Source: Acidimicrobiia bacterium (GTDB lineage: Bacteria > Actinomycetota > Acidimicrobiia > Acidimicrobiales > CADCSY01). From it: 64,000 nucleotides of DNA. The DNA lies in NCBI GenBank assembly GCA_050249235.1, contig JBFWQW010000004.1, forward strand, positions 3,248-67,247, written 5' to 3'. A model generated the notes under the pieces. The model saw only the letters and a list, made by a program, of their open reading frames with translations. It was not told the DNA's origin and searched no databases. Position numbers and translations under genes: made by a program. Positions 1 to 9,419 of this stretch are shown one piece after another; position 1 is the stretch's first letter; the number at the start of each line of letters is the position of its first letter.

Positions 1-1
1 C

Positions 2-1822
2 CGCGGGTTCGACACCGCCTTCTTCGACGTCGAGCGCGGTGGCAGCTCGCTGTTGTGGCAGCACCTGTTCTGGATCTTCGGCCACCCCGAGGTCTACATC
101 CAGTTCCTGCCGGCCACCGGCATCGTCTCGATGGTGCTGCCCGTGTTCGCCCGTCGGCGAATCGTCGGCTACACGTGGCTGGTCGGCTCGATGGTGGCCA
201 TCGGGTTCCTGTCCTTCGGCTTGTGGGCGCACCACATGTTCACCACCGGGCTCCCGCCGCTGGTCCTTGCGTTCTTCGCCGGGGCGAGCATGGTCATCGG
301 CATCCCGGCGGGGGTGCAGATCTACGCCTGGCTGGCCACGTTGTGGGCCGGCCGGCCCCGCTTCGACACGCCGATGCTGTTCGTCATCGGGTTCCTCGTC
401 ACGTTCGTCATCGGCGGCATCACCGGAATCATGGTCGCGGCCGTGCCGTTCGACCTGCAGGCGCACGACTCCTACTTCGTCGTCGCCCACCTCCACTACG
501 TGCTCATCGGTGGCGTCGCGTTCCCGATCTTCGCCGGCGTGTACTACTGGTTCCCGAAGTTCACCGGCCGGATGATGGACGAGCGCCTCGGCCGGTGGAA
601 CTTCTGGCTCCTGTTCGTCGGCGTCAACGTGGCCTTCTTCCCGATGCACATCGTCGGCCTCCTCGGCATGCCCCGACGCATCTACACCTATGCCGACGAC
701 CTCGGCTGGGGGATCTGGAACCTGATCTCGACGATCGGCGTGCTCATCATCGTCCCCGGCATCGCCGTCTTCGTGGTCAACGTGGTGCGCAGCTACCGCA
801 AAGGCGAACACGCCGGGAACAATCCGTGGGACGCGGACACCCTCGAATGGGCGGTCGCGTCACCGCCGGCCGAGCACGGCTGGTCAGCCCTGCCGATCGT
901 GCACAGCCGCCACCCGCTCTGGGACCAGGACGACCTCCACAAGGGAGAACCCGCGCTCGAGCGCTTCGTGCACGGCATCAGCGAATGGCCGCTCGGTTGG
1001 CGGGCGGCGCTGATCATCCGCACCGCCGACGCCCAGCCCGAGGAGGTGTTCCGCGTCGCCGGCCCTTCCCTGTGGCCACTCGTCACCGGTCTCGGCGCGG
1101 TGGCGATCTTCGCCGCCGAGCTCTTGAAGCTGCGTTGGGGCGCCGTCGCCGGTGCCCTCGTGGTCGTCGTCGGTGTCATCGGGTGGAACTGGCCCGACCC
1201 GGCGCCGATGAGCGAGGACGAGGAAGCGGCGTTCGAAGCGGCGTACGGGGTGCCGGTGCACGCCGGCGGCAGCGTGGTCGTCGCCCGGTGGGGCATGGGA
1301 CTGGCGATCCTCTTCGCCGCAATCGCGTTCTCGGCGATCCTCCTCAGCTACTACTACCTGCGCATCGACGCCGACGCCTGGCCCCCGCCCGGCATCAGCG
1401 CATCGGGCCTGGTGGGTGGCGCCGTCCCAGGGGCACTGGTCGTCACGAGCGCGCTGGCGATGGTGGGAGCGCTACGGCGCATCAAGGAGGGCGACGCCGC
1501 CGGGCTCCGCCGGGGCATCGGCGCCGCCCTCGGCATCGGGGCGCTCGCCATGGTGCTCCAGGTCCGCGAGCTGGCCGAGCTCGATGTCGGTTGGACCGAG
1601 CACGCCTACGGGTCGATCTTCTTCCTGCTCGCCGGCTTCTGCCTGGCCGCGCTGGTCGCGGCTTCGATCTTGGCCACGATGACCCTGTACTGGTCGATGC
1701 GCGGCTGCTACACGGCCCGCCGCCACACGGTCCCGCTCAACGCGGCGCGCTTCTGGGGCGCGGCGACCGCGATGTGGGTCATCGGCTTCGGCGTCCTCTA
1801 CCTCGCTCCCCGTCTGACATGA
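2..1822 (+). CDS. ctaD: cytochrome c oxidase subunit I fused to a subunit III-like C-terminal domain (5' end outside window)
   Basis: The frame is open from base 2. LLWQHLFWIFGHPEVYIQFLP, HHMFTTG, YFVVAHLHYVL and NPWDADTLEWAVASPP are hallmark heme-copper oxidase subunit I segments. About 290 further residues carry several hydrophobic helices and HAYGSIFFLLAGF, resembling subunit III. Confidence 0.9.
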   Translation, partial: RGFDTAFFDVERGGSSLLWQHLFWIFGHPEVYIQFLPATGIVSMVLPVFARRRIVGYTWLVGSMVAIGFLSFGLWAHHMFTTGLPPLVLAFFAGASMVIGIPAGVQIYAWLATLWAGRPRFDTPMLFVIGFLVTFVIGGITGIMVAAVPFDLQAHDSYFVVAHLHYVLIGGVAFPIFAGVYYWFPKFTGRMMDERLGRWNFWLLFVGVNVAFFPMHIVGLLGMPRRIYTYADDLGWGIWNLISTIGVLIIVPGIAVFVVNVVRSYRKGEHAGNNPWDADTLEWAVASPPAEHGWSALPIVHSRHPLWDQDDLHKGEPALERFVHGISEWPLGWRAALIIRTADAQPEEVFRVAGPSLWPLVTGLGAVAIFAAELLKLRWGAVAGALVVVVGVIGWNWPDPAPMSEDEEAAFEAAYGVPVHAGGSVVVARWGMGLAILFAAIAFSAILLSYYYLRIDADAWPPPGISASGLVGGAVPGALVVTSALAMVGALRRIKEGDAAGLRRGIGAALGIGALAMVLQVRELAELDVGWTEHAYGSIFFLLAGFCLAALVAASILATMTLYWSMRGCYTARRHTVPLNAARFWGAATAMWVIGFGVLYLAPRLT

Positions 1823-2199
1823 GCACCGACCTCCGTACTCCAGGCCCGTCGATCTGGGTGCTCTTCCTCGCGGGACCGGTGCTCTGGTTCGGTCACTTCA
1901 TGGCCGTCTACCTCCTCGCCGAGGCGGCGTGCGCGGCCGACGTCTTCGACGGCGACCTCCTCGGCCTCTCCGTGCTGTCGACGGTGACTCTCGCCGCGAC
2001 GGCCGCGGCGGTCGTGGTCACGCTCGTCACCACCGTGCTCGCCTACCGGCGCTGGCGCGCTGCCGCCGGCCGTGACGACTGGGTCGACGTCACCGATCGC
2101 AACGCCGGGCTCGCCTTCGCCGGCTTCATCCTCGGCGTCGTCTTCATCGCCGCCATTGGCTTCGTCGGTGTTCCTGCGGCGTTCCTCGAGCCGTGCTGA
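1819..2199 (+). CDS. small hydrophobic membrane protein, possibly oxidase-associated (no family recognised)
   Basis: The ATG at 1819 overlaps the upstream stop (ATGA). The 126-aa product has 3-4 hydrophobic helices and sits between the oxidase gene and CtaG. It is the only plausible part of the 714-aa frame-1 ORF. Confidence 0.55.
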   Translation: MSTDLRTPGPSIWVLFLAGPVLWFGHFMAVYLLAEAACAADVFDGDLLGLSVLSTVTLAATAAAVVVTLVTTVLAYRRWRAAAGRDDWVDVTDRNAGLAFAGFILGVVFIAAIGFVGVPAAFLEPC

Positions 2200-3092
2200 G
2201 CGCCCTCGCCCATCAGGGATCGGGTGCGCACACCGGGCTGTGGTCGCACTGGAGCACCGACCCCCTGGTGCTCGTCGGCCTCGGCGTCGTCGCGTTGACG
2301 TATCAGCGGGGCAGCCACGGGCGCAGACGCCCGTCGCCGGGGCGGGTCCGCTCGCTCTGGCTGGGCCTCCTCGCCGTCGCGGTGGCGCTCGTGTCACCGC
2401 TCGACGCGCTCGCCGGTGACCTCGCCAGCGCGCACATGGTCCAGCACGTGCTGCTGGTCGTGGTGGCGGCGCCGCTGCTGGTCCTCAGCGCACCGATCGC
2501 TCACCTCATCGGCGGATCACCGCCGGCACTGCGATCCTGGCTCCGGCGGGCCCATCGCGCCGCGCGGCGCTCGCCGGTGCTCGAGCAGCTGCGCCGACCC
2601 GGCGTCGCCTGGTTCCTGCACGCCGGCACCCTGTGGTTCTGGCACGCCGCCGTTCCCTACGGCGGCGCGCTCGAGCACGACGCCATCCACGCCGGCGAGC
2701 ACGCGACGTTCCTGGTGACCGCCCTGTTCTTCTGGTCGTCGGTCTTGCGTGCCGGCGCGGCGCGGCGGGTGTCGGAGGGGTACGCCGCACTGCTCGTCTT
2801 CACGATGGCGATGCAGGGCGTGTTCCTCGGCGCCCTGCTCACCTTCGCGTCCAGCGCTTGGTACGACGGCTACCGCGAGACGACGGCGGCGTGGGGTCTC
2901 GACCCGGTCGCCGACCAGCAGCTGGCCGGGGTGATCATGTGGGTGCCGGCCGGGTTCGTCTACGTCGCCGCCGGGATCGCGCTCGTCGCCCGCTGGAGCC
3001 GTGTCACCGGTGGCGCTGGAACGGGCCACCCGGCCGACGATTGGTCCGGCGGCGGCCTCCCCGAACGGGCGCGCGTCAGCCGGGTGCGGTGA
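2193..3092 (+). CDS. ctaG: cytochrome c oxidase assembly factor CtaG (caa3-type membrane protein)
   Basis: The GTG start lies 7 nt before the upstream stop. This is a polytopic protein with HMVQHVLLVVVAAPLLVL, TLWFWH and AGVIMWVPAG segments typical of the CtaG/PF09678 family. Confidence 0.8.
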   Translation: MLSALAHQGSGAHTGLWSHWSTDPLVLVGLGVVALTYQRGSHGRRRPSPGRVRSLWLGLLAVAVALVSPLDALAGDLASAHMVQHVLLVVVAAPLLVLSAPIAHLIGGSPPALRSWLRRAHRAARRSPVLEQLRRPGVAWFLHAGTLWFWHAAVPYGGALEHDAIHAGEHATFLVTALFFWSSVLRAGAARRVSEGYAALLVFTMAMQGVFLGALLTFASSAWYDGYRETTAAWGLDPVADQQLAGVIMWVPAGFVYVAAGIALVARWSRVTGGAGTGHPADDWSGGGLPERARVSRVR

Positions 3093-4128
3093 GCATGACC
3101 ACGACCCCGACCCCGTACACCGCCAGCATCAGGTAGCTCTCCAGGGAAATGCGCGCCTGGCGAGCGCGCTCACCACGCGCCAGACCCACGACCAGGAGTG
3201 CCGTGACGCCGAGCGTGACCCCGAGCAGGGCGATCTCGGCTCGGCCGAACAGGTCGAAGATCGAGCCGGAGTAGAACACGTCGGCCCAAGACAGCAGCAT
3301 CACGTCCAGCGCGCTGCTGCCGACCAGGTCGCCGACGGCCAGCTCCAGGGCGCCTTGCCGGGCCGCCGCCACCGCCGTGACGAGCTCCGGCAGGGGAGTG
3401 ACGGCGGACGCGAGAAGCGCGCCGGCAGCAGTCTCGCCGAGGCCGAGCCGCGAGCCGAGCGCCTCGGAAGAGGACTCGAGCGCCACGCCGGCAGCGGCCA
3501 GCACGACGGCGAACGACGCGAAGCGGGTCCAGAGGGCACGCTGATGATCGCCACTGCCACCCGTGTGCTCTCCGTCCTCGGTGGCATCGTCGACGGCCGA
3601 GGGGCCCTCGCCGATGGGCGGCTCGGCATCGATCCCCCGAACGAGGGCGAGCACGCCGAAGTACACGGTGGGGAGGGCGAACGTGGCGATGCTCACGTTG
3701 CCGAGGGCCGGCACGCCGGCGGCAGCCACGAGCGGGACCGCCACCACCGACAGCATCAGTGCGCACTGGCCGAGCGTGGCTCGTAGGGGAAGCTTCTCGT
3801 ACAGGCGCCCCTTCCGGACCGCGATGTCGACGACGGCCAGCAGGGTGAGCTGCACGGCGGCGCTCCCGACGAGGTTGCCGACCGCGATGCCTGGCGTGCC
3901 GGTCACGACGGCGGTCGGCGCCAGCGCGACCTCCGGAAGGTCGGTCGCCAGTGCGAGGAACACGAGCCCGAAGAGGCCGCCTCCCATACCGGTGACCTCA
4001 CCGAGACGGTCGGCCACCCGCGCCATGCGCGGTCCGACCACGAGCACCGCGCCGACCGCAGCCAGGAACAGGACGACGCTCAACGCATGCCCTCTCGGGG
4101 CATCGCCTTCACCGCGTCGCGGCGTCAC
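3076..4128 (-). CDS. sodium/calcium exchanger (CaCA) family membrane protein
   Basis: 350 aa with a GTG start and about 10 hydrophobic segments. It has two internally repeated alpha-repeat-like regions (ATDLPEVAL...GNLVGSAAVQL and VTPLPELVT...GDLVGSSALDV). Its 3' end overlaps the convergent ctaG by 17 nt. Confidence 0.8.
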   Translation of the reverse strand: MTPRRGEGDAPRGHALSVVLFLAAVGAVLVVGPRMARVADRLGEVTGMGGGLFGLVFLALATDLPEVALAPTAVVTGTPGIAVGNLVGSAAVQLTLLAVVDIAVRKGRLYEKLPLRATLGQCALMLSVVAVPLVAAAGVPALGNVSIATFALPTVYFGVLALVRGIDAEPPIGEGPSAVDDATEDGEHTGGSGDHQRALWTRFASFAVVLAAAGVALESSSEALGSRLGLGETAAGALLASAVTPLPELVTAVAAARQGALELAVGDLVGSSALDVMLLSWADVFYSGSIFDLFGRAEIALLGVTLGVTALLVVGLARGERARQARISLESYLMLAVYGVGVVVMLTAPG

Positions 4129-4366
4129 CGCCGCACGTCACCCTCGAGAACCGATCGCTGCCGGACGAGTCGAGCTTCGGATGGCTCGCTCCTCGACGGG
4201 CCAACCGGTGACGGTCGGTCGTCGCATCTCCCCGGCGCTATCCCGGATCGACCGGGAGACAACAGTCGACCTCGGCCGCGAGCAGCGTCGACTGTGGATC
4301 GCTGTCACCACCGGTGTCGGTCCCAACGGCGATCGGGAGCCGCGGTGCTCGAGGCCCGCGGCAGGT

Positions 4367-4699
4367 TCACGGCGAGCGGCTGATGCCGTGCGCGGCGTCT
4401 CGGTGTCGGCGTGCCGCGAGCCGCAGCTGCATCACCCGGCCCAGGCCGAGCAGCGAGACGACGAGCCCACCGGCGAGCGCGGCGAGGAGCAGCCCGACGC
4501 CGGCACCGATCGTGAATCCGGTCCAGAGGAACTCGTACCGGACGCGCTCGCTGTTCTGCACGACGAAGATGAGCATGAGGATCACCACGACCATGCCGAC
4601 GGCGACGGACACGAGCGCGGTCGCCGTCCGGGTGGTCCTGACGCCGTCCTCGTCGCCCTCGGGCCCGCCCTGACCCGGAAGCTCCGCCTCACGCTCCAT
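4367..4699 (-). CDS. LapA-domain (DUF1049) small membrane protein
   Basis: LIFVVQNSERVRYEFLW...GAGVGLLLAALAGGLV...RVMQLR matches the LapA/DUF1049 two-helix pattern. I chose the internal ATG (MEREAEL) as start; the ORF extends to 4795. Confidence 0.7.
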   Translation of the reverse strand: MEREAELPGQGGPEGDEDGVRTTRTATALVSVAVGMVVVILMLIFVVQNSERVRYEFLWTGFTIGAGVGLLLAALAGGLVVSLLGLGRVMQLRLAARRHRDAAHGISRSP

Positions 4700-4844
4700 C
4701 GGGGAGCCCCCCGGTCGCGGCGGGCCACGAAGGCCATCCGACGTGGCGTCGGACGACGGAGACGTCCCGGGAGCACATGGCAGCGCCTTACCCACCGTCG
4801 CATTGCGACCGATCCCGTGTGCGCCGGGTCCGCCGTCGCCCGGT

Positions 4845-5795
4845 CTATGCCGCCCCGTCCCACCAGTCGGGCCGGGGGTCGTTCGGGATGCTCCAGGTGG
4901 TGAAGCCGAACACCACGCCGTGGCTGGAGGCTGGATCGGTGAGCAGCGTGGTGCCGTCGGCGTGGGCCAGCCCGACCCCCTTGCGGTGGAGGTGCTCCTC
5001 GGCCGACGCCAGGTCGGCCACCTTGAACGTGACCGCGTAGAGGCTCTCGCCGTTCGCCGCGAGGTCGGCGGCGATCGCCGAGGAGTCGTCGAGCGGTCGG
5101 GCCAGCTCCACTACCAGGTCCTCGCCCACGGCCACGAAGGCGCTGTGCGTCCCGGTGGCCTCCACCTCGCCCTCGTGGAGCAGCCGGCCGCCGAGCAGGT
5201 CCTCGTAGACGTGGCGGGCCCGGTCGAGGTCGTTCACCGCCAGCGTGACGCTCGAGACGTTCTGGATGTGCAGGGGATGGTGGCGGCCCCACCACGCCGG
5301 GCTGAACCCCGGCTTGAGCCGCGGGTCGGACTGGGAGGGTCGCAGCTCGGGCTGCCCCGGCCGGGGTCCGGGGACGAACTCCAGCTGCGTGATCGTGTCC
5401 CGCGGGTGCGTGAACAGGGCCCCGACCGGCTCGTCGCCCTCCTGCTTCACCCCGCCGGTCCCGTAGGTCCGCACCCCGGCGGCCACCAGCCCCCGGTACA
5501 GCTCGCCCATGCCCTCGGGCACGTACCAGGCGATCGAGTGCCAGCGCTCGCCGAAGCGGCGCTGGAAGCGGCCGAGCGGCATCCGGTCCCAACCCTCGAC
5601 GTGGAAGGCGGGGGCGAGCGGCTCGACGCAGAGCGTGCCGATCAGCACGAGCGAGGCGTCACGGACCTCCGCCGGCATGTAGCTGTCGGGCATGAAGCGC
5701 TGGACCGAGAAGACGTCGTAGTACCAGGCGTCGAGCGCCTTGAGGTCGTCGGTCATGTGGATGACGTGGAAGTTCTTGGTGATCGTGAACGTCAC
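4845..5795 (-). CDS. VOC (glyoxalase/extradiol dioxygenase-like) family protein
   Basis: Two-module, ~316-aa protein with VOC-like beta-alpha-beta-beta-beta segments (VIHMTDDLKALDAWY..., VTLAVNDLDRARHVYEDLLGG...). The GTG start at 5795 is preceded by GGAGCGAGGAG. It lies 58 nt downstream of the ACAD gene on the same strand. Confidence 0.7.
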   Translation of the reverse strand: MTFTITKNFHVIHMTDDLKALDAWYYDVFSVQRFMPDSYMPAEVRDASLVLIGTLCVEPLAPAFHVEGWDRMPLGRFQRRFGERWHSIAWYVPEGMGELYRGLVAAGVRTYGTGGVKQEGDEPVGALFTHPRDTITQLEFVPGPRPGQPELRPSQSDPRLKPGFSPAWWGRHHPLHIQNVSSVTLAVNDLDRARHVYEDLLGGRLLHEGEVEATGTHSAFVAVGEDLVVELARPLDDSSAIAADLAANGESLYAVTFKVADLASAEEHLHRKGVGLAHADGTTLLTDPASSHGVVFGFTTWSIPNDPRPDWWDGAA

Positions 5796-5853
5796 GCTCG
5801 CTCCTCGCTCCTCGGGGCCGGGTCCGGTGCTTCGGGCCCCACCAGCACACCGC

Positions 5854-7116
5854 TCACCGGCTCGGCGCACTCCGGGGTACGTCCCGGAACGCGATGTCGC
5901 GGTCGGCGGTGCGCTCGCGGGGCATCCCGAGGACGCGCTCGCTGATCACGTTCCTCGCCATCTCCACGGTGCCGCCGCCGATCGAGCCGGCCTGGCGGGT
6001 GAGGTAGTCGACGCCGAGCTGGCCCACGTCGGCGTCCTCCTCGGCCCAGGCCACGCCGCCGAGTCCCGCCAGCTCCATGCCGATCGTGTTGTTCCGGGCC
6101 CGGGAGACACCCGAGAAGAGCCGGCTCACGGCGGCCGCCTGGTCCGTGATCTGTCGCTTCCCGATCAGGTGGAAGATGCGCGCCGCCAGCTCCGGGCCGA
6201 CCATCGACAGCGTGTGGGCCTCGCCCACGAGATCCCGGATCCACGGGTCGTCGAGCAGCTCCGCCTCGGCCGCGATCCGCACCAGGTCGTCGACGGCGGT
6301 GCCCCGCAGCGGGACTCGGTCCTGGGTGGCCGGGCGGGTGGCGTAGGGCGAGCCCGACGCGAGGGAGCGCTCGTGGAAGAGCCACCGGATGCCGACGGTC
6401 CAGCCGTCGTCCACCTGGCCCACCCGGTCGACGTCGGGCACCCGGGCGTCGGTGATGAAGACCTGGCAGAAGTCCTTGGCGCCGTTGAGCATCTCGATGC
6501 GGTGGATCTCGATGCCGGGCTGGTGCAGATCGACCCCGAAGACGGTCAGGCCGCGGTGCTTCTCCACGTCCCAGTTCGTCCGGGCCAGGCACAGCCCGAA
6601 GTCGGCGTACCAGGCTCCGGACGACCAGATCTTCGAGCCGTTGAGCACCCACTCGTCGCCGTCGCGGATAGCGGTCGTCTGGGCGCCGGCCAGGTCGGAG
6701 CCGCCGCTGGGCTCGGACAGCAGCTGCATCCAGATGTGCTCGCCCTTGAGCATGGCCGGGATGTGCCGGCGCTTCATCTCGTGCGATCCGAACTCGTCGA
6801 CGATGGCGCCGCACGGCGCGAAGGTGACGCCCATCCGCGAGGGGTGGTCGTAGCCGACGATCTCCTCGTTGAGCACCTGCTGGTGGGCGGCGGTGAGGCC
6901 CTGGCCGCCGTACTCCTTCGGGAAGAGCAGGCCGGCCAGCCCCCCGTCGTACAGGAGGCGCTGGATCCTGCGGCTGTGGGCGATCTCGGCCAGCTCCTCC
7001 TCGTCGCCGAGGTCGCGCTCGCGGGCGGGCCGGGCCGGCGGGAGGTGCTCGCGGATGTACGCCCGGGCCCGCTGGCGGAAGGCGTCGAGGTCCTCGATCT
7101 CGTCGACGGTGTTCAT
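5854..7116 (-). CDS. acyl-CoA dehydrogenase
   Basis: The 420-aa product from MNTVDEIEDL contains LLSEPSGGSDLAG, DGDEWVLNGSKIWSSGA and GGTVEMARNVISERVLGMP, which are ACAD N-terminal, middle and C-terminal signatures. The start ATG overlaps the upstream ACAD stop (ATGA at 7113-7116). Confidence 0.9.
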   Translation of the reverse strand: MNTVDEIEDLDAFRQRARAYIREHLPPARPARERDLGDEEELAEIAHSRRIQRLLYDGGLAGLLFPKEYGGQGLTAAHQQVLNEEIVGYDHPSRMGVTFAPCGAIVDEFGSHEMKRRHIPAMLKGEHIWMQLLSEPSGGSDLAGAQTTAIRDGDEWVLNGSKIWSSGAWYADFGLCLARTNWDVEKHRGLTVFGVDLHQPGIEIHRIEMLNGAKDFCQVFITDARVPDVDRVGQVDDGWTVGIRWLFHERSLASGSPYATRPATQDRVPLRGTAVDDLVRIAAEAELLDDPWIRDLVGEAHTLSMVGPELAARIFHLIGKRQITDQAAAVSRLFSGVSRARNNTIGMELAGLGGVAWAEEDADVGQLGVDYLTRQAGSIGGGTVEMARNVISERVLGMPRERTADRDIAFRDVPRSAPSR

Positions 7117-8300
7117 CGGGCACCTCCTACGGGTTGCATGCGGGACCGCACGATGGTCACCAGGCGATCGCGGTGCTCGTGGGGCGTGCCCAGGAGCTGG
7201 CGGTTCACCGTGATGCGGCGGAGGAACAGGTGCAGGTCGTGGTCGTAGGTGACGCCGATCCCGCCGTGGAGCTGGACGCAGTCGTGGGCCAGCTCCGGGC
7301 CGTACTGGCCGATGTAGGACTTCGCGACGCTCACCCATTCCCCGGCGTCGTCGGCGTCCTCCTGGACGGCTCGGGCGGCCCGCCCGGCGACGGCGTGGCT
7401 GGCCTCCAGCCATACCTTCATGTCCGCGAAGCGGTGCTTCAGCTCCTGGTACGAGGCCAGCGGGCGCCCGAACGAGTACCGGTTGAAGGCCCACTCCACG
7501 GTCATCTCGAAGGCGGTGTCCATGGCCCCGGCGGTCTCGGCCAGCTGGATCGCCAGCCCGTCCCGGAGCTGGCGCTCGACGTCCTCGTCGGCCTCGCCGG
7601 GCGCGCCGAGCACGGCATCGGCCGGCACCCTCGCCCGGTCGAAGGTCACCCGGGCGAAGCGGCGGGAGAGGTCGAGGCCCGCCATGGGCTCGACGCGCAG
7701 GCCGGCCGTGTCGGTGGGCACCAGCAGCTGGGTGAGGCGGCCGCCCTCGAGCGCCGACACCAGGAGCAGCTGAGCCGCGTTGGCCGCCTCGACGGGTGCC
7801 TTCACGCCGGTGAGCACGTAGTCGCCGCCGTCTCGGCGGGCCTCCAGCGAGACCGCCCCGAGCCGGGCGTTCGGCGCCGGCTCGGCGTGCGCCCACGCCG
7901 CCACCGTCTCACCGGCCAGCAGCCCGGGCAGGGCGTCGGCCCGCTGGCCGGCCGATCCGGACCGCCCGAGCGCGGCGGCCACGACGTTGGCCGGCAGCAG
8001 CGGGCCCGGGGCCGCGTGGCGGCCGAACTCGTGGGCCACGAGGGTCAGGTCGACCAGGCCCCGGCCGCTCACGCTGCCGCCACCCTCCTCCTCCGGGACG
8101 AGCAGCGACGTCCAGCCGAGCTCGGCACCCTGGCGCCAGGACCCGGCGTCGAAGCCCCGGGCGTCGTGGCGCAGGGCCCGCACCGCGGTCACCGGGCTCG
8201 CCGACCCGAGGAACTTCCGGGTCGTCTCCTGGAACAGCTCCTGGTCCGGCGACAGCTCGAGCTCCACGGCGGGACCCCCCCCTCCTTCGGCCACGCCCAT
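7113..8300 (-). CDS. acyl-CoA dehydrogenase family protein (partner subunit of adjacent ACAD)
   Basis: 395 aa from MGVAEGG. ELSPDQELFQETTRKFL, FGRPLASYQELKHRFADM and QLHGGIGVTYDHDLHLFLRR are ACAD-fold motifs. The upstream 280 codons of the ORF are Arg-rich frame artefact. Confidence 0.85.
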   Translation of the reverse strand: MGVAEGGGGPAVELELSPDQELFQETTRKFLGSASPVTAVRALRHDARGFDAGSWRQGAELGWTSLLVPEEEGGGSVSGRGLVDLTLVAHEFGRHAAPGPLLPANVVAAALGRSGSAGQRADALPGLLAGETVAAWAHAEPAPNARLGAVSLEARRDGGDYVLTGVKAPVEAANAAQLLLVSALEGGRLTQLLVPTDTAGLRVEPMAGLDLSRRFARVTFDRARVPADAVLGAPGEADEDVERQLRDGLAIQLAETAGAMDTAFEMTVEWAFNRYSFGRPLASYQELKHRFADMKVWLEASHAVAGRAARAVQEDADDAGEWVSVAKSYIGQYGPELAHDCVQLHGGIGVTYDHDLHLFLRRITVNRQLLGTPHEHRDRLVTIVRSRMQPVGGAR

Positions 8301-8398
8301 GATCGTCCGTCGGGAGGGTCCCGGGTCGGGTCGCCGGTTGGGCAGGGAAGGCGACGACCGAACAGCCGGTCCGTCGGGCCGGCTCGGGGCTGGCCGGG

Positions 8399-9109
8399 TC
8401 AGAGGCAGAGCCCGTCGGCCGTCACGCCCCGGCTGCAGAGGGTCATGGCCTCCACGGTGCGGGCCGTGAAGCGGCCGCCCCCCGGTTGGCCGAAGACGAA
8501 CAGCCGCTGGCCCCCGACGGAGTCGTCGCCCAGGCCGATCACGTCGAGCGTGACCTGACCGAGGTCCCCCACGGTCGGGCCGTCCACGACGACGATCCGC
8601 GACGGCGGGTCGGTGCTGGCCACGAGCCCGGCGACGAGCCGGCCGAGCTCGACCATGGTGTCGGCCGAGGGCCGGCCGGCCGGGTCGGGCCAGAGGGCGG
8701 CGGTGATGTCGTCGACCGCACCGGGCTGCAGCAGGAACCGCATGTTCGCCCACCCCGTGTGGCCGCCGGTCCGGATCTCGGACCAGAAGCTGCCGTCGCC
8801 CAGCTGGCGGTTGTGCCCGGTGGCGACGAGGTCGTCGGCGAGCGGTTCGAGCTCGACCACGACGTCCCCGTCGGTGCCGGGGCGGCTCCGCACGTTGAGC
8901 ACGTCGTCGGCGGCCACGCCCACGACCACCAGGGCGGCGTCGGCATAGGGGAACAGCTCCACCCGCTCGCCGGGGAGCGGTCCGGGCGACGACGTCGACG
9001 ACGTGGACGACGTGGACGACGTCGAGCCGCTGGAGCCCGGTGCGTCGTCGTCGCCGCCACAGGCGGTGAACGAGAGGGTCAGGGCGACGAGGGCGGTGGC
9101 GAGGCGCAT
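8399..9109 (-). CDS. secreted lipoprotein with bacterial SH3-like domain
   Basis: It has a signal peptide plus lipobox (MRLATALVALTLSFTACGG), a Ser/Thr linker, and LNVRSRPGTDGDVV...GHTGWANMRFL, which resembles SH3b. Alternative starts are at 9127 and 9136. Confidence 0.7.
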   Translation of the reverse strand: MRLATALVALTLSFTACGGDDDAPGSSGSTSSTSSTSSTSSPGPLPGERVELFPYADAALVVVGVAADDVLNVRSRPGTDGDVVVELEPLADDLVATGHNRQLGDGSFWSEIRTGGHTGWANMRFLLQPGAVDDITAALWPDPAGRPSADTMVELGRLVAGLVASTDPPSRIVVVDGPTVGDLGQVTLDVIGLGDDSVGGQRLFVFGQPGGGRFTARTVEAMTLCSRGVTADGLCL

Positions 9110-9419
9110 CGGGTGAGCGAGAGGCATGGCCTCCACGCTGCCTCATCCAGATGGCGTCCAGCAGCCGCGACGGGCCCCGAGGTCAGGGCGGCGCGGGTGG
9201 GGCGAGGCCGTTCGCCGCGGGAGGCGCTCGTTGGGACCGTCCCGGGGCCGCCGGGCGCCGGGTCGGCGGCCGAACGGGCCCTGCGCCCCGGGCGGGCCAT
9301 CTCCTCGATCACCAGGTGCGGTCCCGCCGCCGGGGGACCTCAGCGGGCCGGACTACCGTCACCCGGGTGTCGGTCGAGGGCCCCACGTCGGCGGCGACGG
9401 GCGCCCGGACGGTGCACCC

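Noticed and set aside
55-2199. 714-aa plus-strand ORF overlapping ctaD
   Set aside because: It is out of frame with an unmistakable oxidase subunit I. Only the terminal 126 codons after the ATG at 1819 form a plausible (membrane) protein.
9126-9419. Long N-terminal extension of the first GT2 gene
   Set aside because: It is an Arg/Gly/Pro-rich translation with no GT2 homology. GT2 proteins normally start a few residues before the VVxPTxxR motif, so the TTG at 9420 is preferred, although this is uncertain.
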